This document shows, one piece after another, positions 19,372 to 27,055 of a stretch of 64,000 bases of DNA (the stretch's first letter is position 1; each line of letters opens with the position of its first letter). The notes beneath the pieces were generated by a model. It was not told the origin of the DNA and ran no database searches. It was given only the letters and a program-made list of their open reading frames with translations. Position numbers and translations under genes: made by a program. Source of the stretch: Flavobacteriaceae bacterium (GTDB taxonomy: Bacteria; Bacteroidota; Bacteroidia; Flavobacteriales; Flavobacteriaceae); NCBI GenBank assembly GCA_023954685.1, contig JAGSHF010000001.1, positions 4,768-68,767 of the forward strand, given 5' to 3'.

Positions 19372-21312
19372 TTACTTAATTTTCGTTGTTAAAATCGTAA
19401 CCCCTCGTTTATAAAACGTAATAGCGTCTTGCCATTCAAATAATTCGCCAGACATAACATTCTTTAAGGTCTTACCTGTCAAGTCAACTTCGGCATAACG
19501 TTTTAAATCTATGGTAAAGGGTTGGTCATTTTTGTTAAGTATCACTACAACGACCTCATCGTCTAAGATTCTAAACCATAGATAAGTACCCATAAATGGG
19601 GCAAAATGTATGGTTTTACCTTTGTGAATTGCCTTACTATGCTTTCTATAGTTTAATAGCTTTCTCAAGAAATCTTGCATCTTGTTCTGGCTTTCACTTA
19701 GACCTTTTCTAGTGAATGCATTTACAGAATCATTAGGCCAACCCCCTGGAAAATCGGTTCGGATTAAACCGTGATCTCCGGGATTGTCAAAATCATCCAT
19801 TAATATTTCTGTCCCATAATACACTTGTGCAATTCTTGGTAAGGTTAATACCGTTGCTAGCGCCATTTGCGTATTCGGAAGATCCCCTTTGAGCTGAGTA
19901 TAAATTCGACTCATATCGTGATTCCCAGGAAATAACATGATATCTTTGGGTGAAACATAAGCAAAGTCATTGGCCAAACCTTCGTAGATTTTTACAAGGC
20001 CTTTATCCCACGATTCACCTTCGTTTAGTCCATCAACGATAGCTTTTTGCAATGGAAAATCCATAGTAGACCTTAAATGTGATTCGTAACCGTCTTTATT
20101 TTGATTGCCTGTTTGCCAATAGGCTGCCAATAATGGATTATAACTCCACTCTTCACCTACAATACTAAAATTTGGATACTCCACCATGATAGCCATGGCC
20201 CATTCACTCATGAATGCCTTATCTGGATAGGGATAGGTGTCCTGACGAATCCCTCCTAATTCAAGCGTTTCAATCCACCAGATGCTATTCTGAATGATAT
20301 ACTTGGCCATATACGGATTCCGTTGATTGAGATCTGGCATTGCCGAAACAAACCATCCATCTGTCATTTCAGCAGCATCCCGTTTAGAGGCGTATAGATC
20401 CTGATGTGTAGTTCGTCTGTGATTGGAACCAATATTACTCTTGTAATCCCAAGTCTCAACATGGTCTTCATAATTTTTTTGGTTATTCACCCAATCTTCA
20501 AAAGGCAAATCCTTCATCCACCAGTGCTCCAAGCCACAATGGTTTGCAACTTGATCCATAACCAGTTTCATGCCCTTGCTTTTTAATTTAGTTGAAAATT
20601 CAATGTAGTCTTCTAAGTCACCTATTCTTGGATCGACCTGGTAATAATCCGTAATGGCATAACCATGATACGAACCTTGGTGCATGTCGTTAATTAAAAC
20701 AGGTGTTGGCCATACTGCTGTATACCCGAGGTCCTCAATATAATCAATATGATTAATCATTCCTCTTAAGTCACCACCATGACGAGCATAACTATCCATC
20801 CTATCTATGATTTCTTCATTCATGCCTGGAACGACATCATTGGTAAGATCGCCATTAACAAAACGATCTGGCGTGATTAAATAAATAGCGTCGCTACTAT
20901 CAAAGCCGTGATAATCTTCAAAAGATTTTGCTCGAGGTTTCAACGTATAAGTATGCGCCATTTGATCTCCATTCTCATTTTTAAATAGAATATCAAACTG
21001 TCCTGGTTTGGTGTTTTTGGCAATCTCTAAATCTATAAATAAGTAGTTTGGACTTTTTGCTTTGTTCACCTTTTTTATTGTAACTCCTGAATATAAAATC
21101 TCGGGTGCAAATGTACCAATATTATTGTGGTGTACTAAAAGTTGTAAGCTACTAACCTGCATACCTACCCACCAATTTGGAGGTTCTACACGATCGAGTT
21201 TCAGGTTTGAAACTGGAATATCTTCAATGGATTCTAGAGCCGCCTTTTCTTCTTTGCAATTAAAACAAAGTAAGGCAATAGCTAAAACAACAACTTTCAA
21301 AACAGATTTCAT
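19372..21312 (-). CDS. GH13 neopullulanase/cyclomaltodextrinase-type enzyme (SusA-like)
   Basis: 646 aa with a signal and lipobox (LLCFNCKEE). N-terminal cyclomaltodextrinase-type domain (EPPNWWVGM). GH13 regions VMDQVANHCG, GGIRQDTYPY, IVGEEW and FPGNHDMSR. Confidence 0.85.
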   Translation of the reverse strand: MKSVLKVVVLAIALLCFNCKEEKAALESIEDIPVSNLKLDRVEPPNWWVGMQVSSLQLLVHHNNIGTFAPEILYSGVTIKKVNKAKSPNYLFIDLEIAKNTKPGQFDILFKNENGDQMAHTYTLKPRAKSFEDYHGFDSSDAIYLITPDRFVNGDLTNDVVPGMNEEIIDRMDSYARHGGDLRGMINHIDYIEDLGYTAVWPTPVLINDMHQGSYHGYAITDYYQVDPRIGDLEDYIEFSTKLKSKGMKLVMDQVANHCGLEHWWMKDLPFEDWVNNQKNYEDHVETWDYKSNIGSNHRRTTHQDLYASKRDAAEMTDGWFVSAMPDLNQRNPYMAKYIIQNSIWWIETLELGGIRQDTYPYPDKAFMSEWAMAIMVEYPNFSIVGEEWSYNPLLAAYWQTGNQNKDGYESHLRSTMDFPLQKAIVDGLNEGESWDKGLVKIYEGLANDFAYVSPKDIMLFPGNHDMSRIYTQLKGDLPNTQMALATVLTLPRIAQVYYGTEILMDDFDNPGDHGLIRTDFPGGWPNDSVNAFTRKGLSESQNKMQDFLRKLLNYRKHSKAIHKGKTIHFAPFMGTYLWFRILDDEVVVVILNKNDQPFTIDLKRYAEVDLTGKTLKNVMSGELFEWQDAITFYKRGVTILTTKIK

Positions 21313-21316
21313 AACA

Positions 21317-23623
21317 TTAAACGCTTACTAAATTATGAGGTGTAACTGTTATGTGTTTACCGCTTACTAAAATTTGTAAATCCATAGTACCTTCGAGTTC
21401 AAACTTGGTATCATTCTGGGTTATATGCACCTTTAATATTTGATTTCTAAAATTCAATTTAAACGAATAAGCATCCCATTGTTTTGGTATTTTAGGATTA
21501 AAAGACAACCTATTTTCTTGGATACGCATTCCTCCAAATCCTTCAACAATACTCATCCAAGTTCCTGCCATAGATGTAATATGAAGCCCTTCTTCAACCT
21601 CATGATTATAATCGTCTAAATCTAAGCGTGAGGTTCTTAAATAAAATTCATAAGCCTTCTCCATTCTATCTAACTTTGCAGCTTGAATACTATGCACACA
21701 TGGTGATAATGAACTTTCATGTACGGTGTAAGGTTCGTAAAAATCAAAATGCCTTTCCAATTCTTCCGAAGTAAATTGATCTTCAAAAAAGTAAAACCCT
21801 TGTAAGGTATCGGCTTGTTTAATGTAAGGTGATCTTAAAATCCTGTCCCAAGACCATTTCTGATTAATTGGTCTTTCCGATTTGGGTAAATCAGCAACCG
21901 TGATGAGTTCCTTATCTAAAAAGCCGTCTTGCTGAAGATAAACATTATGTTTTTCTGAATATGGAAAATACATATTAATGGCGACATCATTCCATTTTTC
22001 TAGCTCTGAATCTGTGAGATTTATTTTATCGATAATTCTTTTATAATCTAATTCAAATTCTACCTTTATTTTATTTAAATTCTCGATAGCATAGTTAATA
22101 CACCATTTTGCCAAATAGTTTGTGTACCAATTGTTATTGACATTGTTTTCATATTCATTAGGACCAGTTACACCCAGGATTACAAACTTATTTTTGGCTT
22201 CTGAATAGGTAGCACGTTGCTGCCAAAAACGAGCAATTCCGATCAGTACTTCTATTCCTTTTTCCACAATATAACTATAATCATTAGTATATCTGTAGTA
22301 GTTAAAAATGGCGAATGCAATAGCACCGTTTCTATGGATTTCTTCAAAGGTAATTTCCCATTCATTATGGCATTCTTCGCCATTCATAGTTACCATCGGA
22401 TACAACGCCGCACCATTTTCAAAACCTAATTTCTGAGCATTTTCAATAGCTTTATCTAAATGGTTGTATCGATATGCTAATAAATTTCTAGCTACTAGTT
22501 GGTCTTTGGTTGCCATATAAAAAGGAATGCAATACGCCTCAGTATCCCAATAGGTACTTCCACCGTATTTCTCTCCAGTAAAACCTTTTGGTCCAATATT
22601 TAATTGTGCATCTGTACCCAGATAAGTTTGGTTAAGTTGGAAGATATTAAAACGAATCCCTTGTTGTGCTTTTACATCGCCGTCAACTGTGATATCTGCC
22701 ATGTCCCAAATTTTTGCCCAAGCTTGCTTTTGCTGCTCTAATAAACCGTCAAAACCTCTGGTCTTAGCTTTTGATAAGTTTGCGATTGCTGTGGTTTCTA
22801 GTTCAGACTTACGCTGATTTCTATCCACCGTGTAACCACCATACTTATGAAGGCTCACTATGTCTCCAGTCTTTGCGTTAGTGACATACTTAAAACCTAT
22901 ATAACTTTCATCATGACTAATTTTTGGCGTGCTATTTTGTTTCTTATTATTTAGTAAACATTCAGATTCCATATAAGTACAGGTATGAAAATTTGTTTTC
23001 ATCGTATGTGCTTCTATAAACGCTTGTTCATCATTTGCATACACCTTAGTGGTATTCCAAAATTTATCATCCCAATTGGAGTCTTCATTTGTAATTCCTG
23101 AATCTAAATACGGCTTAAAACTAACAATAGCGTCACTATTCAATAATTTTATCTCGTACTTTATTGCTCCCAATTCCTCCATATCCAAACTTAAAAAACG
23201 AGTAGAAACTACTTCAATTATCACCCCATTATTAAGCTTTGCTCGAAAGCTTCTCGCTAACCAGCCTTCTTGCATGTTTAAAACCCGCTTAAAATTTTCA
23301 ACTTGAAGACAAGCATATAAGTCCAAACGCTCTTCGTTTATATATACATCAATCCCGATCCAAGATGGTGCATTCAGTACTTTGGCAAAATACTCTGGAT
23401 ATCCGTTCTTCCACCAACCAACTCGCGTCTTATCCGGGTAATATACACCTGCTATATAACTGCCTTGAAACGTTGGTCCCGAATAATATTCTTCAAAATT
23501 GGCACGTTGTCCCATGGCTCCATTTCCAATACTAAATAAGCTTTCCGAAGATTTAACACGTTCAGCATCAAACCCCTCTTCTATGATTAACCACTTATCA
23601 GGTTTTATATAATCTTGATTCAT
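21317..23623 (-). CDS. GH65 maltose phosphorylase family enzyme
   Basis: 768 aa, cytoplasmic. GH65 catalytic region GPKGFTGEKYGGSTYWDTE. It lies immediately upstream of beta-phosphoglucomutase, the classic GH65 partner. The gene starts at 23623, the same base as the last base of the pgmB stop codon. Confidence 0.9.
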   Translation of the reverse strand: MNQDYIKPDKWLIIEEGFDAERVKSSESLFSIGNGAMGQRANFEEYYSGPTFQGSYIAGVYYPDKTRVGWWKNGYPEYFAKVLNAPSWIGIDVYINEERLDLYACLQVENFKRVLNMQEGWLARSFRAKLNNGVIIEVVSTRFLSLDMEELGAIKYEIKLLNSDAIVSFKPYLDSGITNEDSNWDDKFWNTTKVYANDEQAFIEAHTMKTNFHTCTYMESECLLNNKKQNSTPKISHDESYIGFKYVTNAKTGDIVSLHKYGGYTVDRNQRKSELETTAIANLSKAKTRGFDGLLEQQKQAWAKIWDMADITVDGDVKAQQGIRFNIFQLNQTYLGTDAQLNIGPKGFTGEKYGGSTYWDTEAYCIPFYMATKDQLVARNLLAYRYNHLDKAIENAQKLGFENGAALYPMVTMNGEECHNEWEITFEEIHRNGAIAFAIFNYYRYTNDYSYIVEKGIEVLIGIARFWQQRATYSEAKNKFVILGVTGPNEYENNVNNNWYTNYLAKWCINYAIENLNKIKVEFELDYKRIIDKINLTDSELEKWNDVAINMYFPYSEKHNVYLQQDGFLDKELITVADLPKSERPINQKWSWDRILRSPYIKQADTLQGFYFFEDQFTSEELERHFDFYEPYTVHESSLSPCVHSIQAAKLDRMEKAYEFYLRTSRLDLDDYNHEVEEGLHITSMAGTWMSIVEGFGGMRIQENRLSFNPKIPKQWDAYSFKLNFRNQILKVHITQNDTKFELEGTMDLQILVSGKHITVTPHNLVSV

Positions 23624-24276
23624 TATTTTAATAATTCTTTTAAAAAATCGTTAGTTATTTCACTAAAATCCTTAAACACATAATCAGCTTCATTTAAAAT
23701 TTCTTTATCTCCAATTCCTATTGAAATCATTTGTGCTGAATTTGCTGCTTGAACTCCAGCGACCGAATCTTCAAACACAATGCAAAATGCAGGTTTTATA
23801 TTTAATAGTTGCGCGCCAATTAAAAAGACCTCTGGATCTGGCTTAGCCTTATTTACATCATTACCATCAACTATGGCATTAAACTTTTTAAGTAACTTCA
23901 CCTTTTGCAAAATGATTCGCGCATTTTTACTTGCCGAGCCTAATGCGATTGGTTGGGCCTGATCATTTAAAAAATCAAGAACTCTAGGAACATCGACCAG
24001 AATTTCTGAAGCGTCCATTTTTTCTATATAATTTAAGTAATCATCATTTTTTCTATTCATTAAGGCTTTAAACACATCTTCTGAAATGTTCTTATTTCCC
24101 CAAGCCAATATTTTATTAAGTGAATCTGCACGGCTAACTCCTTTGAGTTGTTCGTTTTGCATTTCAGTGAAATCAACACCAATGCTATTTGCTAAATTTT
24201 TCCAGGCTAAAAAGTGATACTTAGCCGTATCAACTATCACTCCATCAAGGTCGAATATGAATCCTTTTTTACTCAT
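23623..24276 (-). CDS. pgmB: beta-phosphoglucomutase (HAD superfamily)
   Basis: 217 aa. HAD motif I FIFDLDGVIVDT, GSASKN and the EDSVAGVQAA block. Paired with the GH65 phosphorylase. Confidence 0.9.
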   Translation of the reverse strand: MSKKGFIFDLDGVIVDTAKYHFLAWKNLANSIGVDFTEMQNEQLKGVSRADSLNKILAWGNKNISEDVFKALMNRKNDDYLNYIEKMDASEILVDVPRVLDFLNDQAQPIALGSASKNARIILQKVKLLKKFNAIVDGNDVNKAKPDPEVFLIGAQLLNIKPAFCIVFEDSVAGVQAANSAQMISIGIGDKEILNEADYVFKDFSEITNDFLKELLK

Positions 24277-24279
24277 AAT

Positions 24280-25629
24280 TTAATTTTGAATTAGGTCATC
24301 AACATCTTTAACTTTATATACCAATGCTGCAGCCAATAGAAAACTAAAACCACTCATAACGATAGCAAAAATAGCCTGGTCGTTATACAAGTATTTCACT
24401 AATGGCCCTCCAATTATGGCATTAATAATTTGTGGGATAACAATAAAAAAGTTAAAAATCCCCATATAAACACCCATTTTTTTTGGAGAAATAGATCCCG
24501 CTAAAATGGCATAAGGCATGGCAAGAATACTTGCCCAAGCGATGCCGATTCCAATCATAGAAACAATAAGCCAGTTTTTATCTGGCATGATGTATATCGA
24601 TAACAACCCAAAACCTCCGATTATAAGGGACATTGAATGTGTTCGTTTTCGCCCTATTTTTTTGGCGATATAAGGCAATGCAAAAGCATAAAAAGCAGAT
24701 ACAAGGTTATACACCCCAAACAATATACCAATCCAATCACCGGCATCTTGATAGGCAATGCTACTACTCTCTGTATGTGACAAACCATAAATATGCTGAG
24801 CAATTGCAGGTGTTGCAAATACCCACATTCCAAATAAGCCGAACCACGAAAAGAATTGCACCCAACTTAATTGGCGCATTGTAGCCGGCATTTTTTGGAA
24901 ATCTTCAAAAATGTCGAACAAACTTGATTTTTCAATTTCTGATACAGCTTCAGTTTCTGATGTATTATCAAAACTATCCAGTTCCTCTGGGCTATATTCC
25001 TTAGTAGTAAGGATTGTTACTAAAATTGAAGCAATCAACACCATAGCCCCTATAATAAAAGACCATATAAGATTGGTAGGAATTGCACCTTCAGTTGACA
25101 CATTAGAGATTTCAAACCAATTGGTCAGTGCATATGGAAGCCATGATCCAATCACTGCACCAAATCCAATAAGTGCAGTTTGTACACTAAAACCTAATGT
25201 GCGCTGATCGGTCCTTAAATTATCGCCTACTAAAGCGCGAAACGGCTCCATGGCAATATTGAATGAGGCATCCATGATCATTAGCATCCCTGCTCCAACC
25301 CATAAGGCAGGGAGCATAGCTATAAACAAATCTGCCTGTGGCATTAAAATTAATCCAACAGAAGCCAATATGGCTCCAACAAGAAAATAAGGTTTTCTTC
25401 GTCCAAATTTTCCCCAAGTTTTATCGCTATAATGCCCAACGATTGGTTGAACAATTAAGCCCATAAGTGGAGCTATAATCCAGAACCACGATAGCTCATG
25501 AACATCTGCTCCAAAAATTTGTAAAATTCGACTTGCATTAGCATTTTGCAGAGCAAAACCCATTTGTATCCCCAGAAATCCGAAACTCATATTCCAGATT
25601 TGCCAGAAACTTAATCTGCGCTTTTCCAT
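24280..25629 (-). CDS. MFS sugar:H+ symporter (SLC45/GPH-like, probable maltose/maltodextrin importer)
   Basis: About 12 predicted TM helices. The GRRKPYFLVGA loop motif is typical of the sucrose/maltose SLC45-like MFS group. The track starts at a TTG (25632), and I prefer the adjacent ATG at 25629. Confidence 0.8.
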   Translation of the reverse strand: MEKRRLSFWQIWNMSFGFLGIQMGFALQNANASRILQIFGADVHELSWFWIIAPLMGLIVQPIVGHYSDKTWGKFGRRKPYFLVGAILASVGLILMPQADLFIAMLPALWVGAGMLMIMDASFNIAMEPFRALVGDNLRTDQRTLGFSVQTALIGFGAVIGSWLPYALTNWFEISNVSTEGAIPTNLIWSFIIGAMVLIASILVTILTTKEYSPEELDSFDNTSETEAVSEIEKSSLFDIFEDFQKMPATMRQLSWVQFFSWFGLFGMWVFATPAIAQHIYGLSHTESSSIAYQDAGDWIGILFGVYNLVSAFYAFALPYIAKKIGRKRTHSMSLIIGGFGLLSIYIMPDKNWLIVSMIGIGIAWASILAMPYAILAGSISPKKMGVYMGIFNFFIVIPQIINAIIGGPLVKYLYNDQAIFAIVMSGFSFLLAAALVYKVKDVDDLIQN

Positions 25630-25688
25630 CAATAGTATATTTAGTTAATACTATTTTGACAAGCGATAACTCATCAAAACTTAATTGT

Positions 25689-25706
25689 GAGAAGTAAAAA
25701 TATTAA
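25689..25706. repeat. 18-nt exact repeat GAGAAGTAAAAATATTAA, copy 1 (between the LacI stop and the MFS start)
   Basis: Identical to 26999-27016 by direct reading of the sequence. Confidence 0.9.
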
Positions 25707-25763
25707 GCTTTGATTTCAGTCGGTAAATATATAAAACTTATTTAAATAACAAGCATCAAAATT

Positions 25764-26804
25764 TTATTGGGTTGAATTTCGAAGTATTAATTCCGTTTCA
25801 ATAATTACAGTTTGATACGATTCTTCTTCCTCTTCATGTTCCAATCTATGAATTAAAAGCTCTGCAGATTTCTCTCCCATTTGTTGAGCGTGTTGACTCA
25901 CAGTTGATAAACTCGGGGTAGCATGTTTCGCAAGCATACCATCGGTAAATCCAATAAACTGAATATCTTCAGGTATGGTCTTATTAAGTTTTCTAGCTAC
26001 TTTCATCGCGCTTAACGCATAGAGTTCATTTACGGCAAAAACACCATCAATATCTGGGTTATCTTTAAACAAATTTTCTATTTCGCTTTCCAAGCCTTCC
26101 AATTGATCTTCAGAATCATACTCTTCTGATATTTTTAAAATTAGAGACGCAGCCGCTTCAATTTTATGAGAATCTAAAGCACTTAAGTAACCTTGTGTTC
26201 GCAGTTTCCCTACACTCACATAATCTTTAGTTGTAATTAAAGCGATTTTACCGCACCCTTTAGCAATCAACTGTTCTACAGCTTTCTTAGCACCTTCAAA
26301 ATCATCCACAATCACCTTATCACAAGGGATTTCTGATATTACCCGATCAAACATCACAATCGGCATGCCTTGATTAATAGATTCTGTAAAATGATGATAA
26401 TCTTGATTTAACATGGTTTGTTTTGAAGTTGATAATATAAAACCGTCAATACTTCCATTGGCGAGCATTTCCATATTAATCACTTCCTTGGAAAAGGATT
26501 CATTAGACAAACCTACAATTACATTGTAACCTTTTTTATTAGCAACCAATTCAATGCCCCTGATAACTTTGGAAAAGAAATTATGCACAATTTCAGGGAT
26601 AATAATACCAATCGTTTTCGTTTTTCTGTTTTTTAAACTTAAAGCAATGTTATTTGGTCTGTAGTTATATAATTTAGCAAAAGCTTGTACTTTTTGACGT
26701 GTATCTTCACTAATCTCTTTACTATTTCTTAGTGCTTTTGAAACTGTACCAATAGACACATCTAATTCATTTGCAATCTGTTTGAGTGTTACTTTTTGCT
26801 TCAT
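25764..26804 (-). CDS. LacI family transcriptional regulator, the likely regulator of the alpha-glucan locus
   Basis: 346 aa. HTH VTLKQIANELDVSIGTVSKALRN plus a sugar-binding fold. It sits at the head of the minus-strand starch operon, divergent from susC. Confidence 0.9.
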   Translation of the reverse strand: MKQKVTLKQIANELDVSIGTVSKALRNSKEISEDTRQKVQAFAKLYNYRPNNIALSLKNRKTKTIGIIIPEIVHNFFSKVIRGIELVANKKGYNVIVGLSNESFSKEVINMEMLANGSIDGFILSTSKQTMLNQDYHHFTESINQGMPIVMFDRVISEIPCDKVIVDDFEGAKKAVEQLIAKGCGKIALITTKDYVSVGKLRTQGYLSALDSHKIEAAASLILKISEEYDSEDQLEGLESEIENLFKDNPDIDGVFAVNELYALSAMKVARKLNKTIPEDIQFIGFTDGMLAKHATPSLSTVSQHAQQMGEKSAELLIHRLEHEEEEESYQTVIIETELILRNSTQ

Positions 26805-26924
26805 TAAAATTGGATATAAAATGTAAAGGTATAGATTTTAAACTGAAATTACACGGAGCGCCTATCAATGTCAAAAATTCAAAATATTACCAAAAATACA
26901 TCAAATAACTAAAAAGTTGTTAAC

Positions 26925-26940
26925 ACGCAAACGTTTTCGT
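26925..26940. promoter_or_regulatory. candidate LacI-family operator, a 16-bp near-palindrome ACGCAAACGTTTTCGT
   Basis: Central CG with 7 of 8 half-site positions self-complementary. It lies in the 251-bp divergent region between the LacI gene and susC. The architecture matches the LacI/PurR/CcpA operator class. Confidence 0.5.
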
Positions 26941-26998
26941 TAAGAATATGACAATTTTTTAGATTTTGTTTACTTAGAATTTACATACATTTAACACC

Positions 26999-27016
26999 GA
27001 GAAGTAAAAATATTAA
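26999..27016. repeat. 18-nt exact repeat GAGAAGTAAAAATATTAA, copy 2 (40 nt upstream of the susC ATG)
   Basis: Identical to 25689-25706 by direct reading of the sequence. Confidence 0.9.
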
Positions 27017-27055
27017 CAACAATTCTAACCTAAATTATTAACATAATAGTATTCT

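Noticed and set aside
26925-26940. Reading the palindrome as a purine-regulon PurR box
   Set aside because: The similarity is to the generic LacI-family operator shape. The context (a LacI-type regulator and a starch PUL, with no purine genes) makes a maltose/maltodextrin-responsive regulator the sensible assignment.
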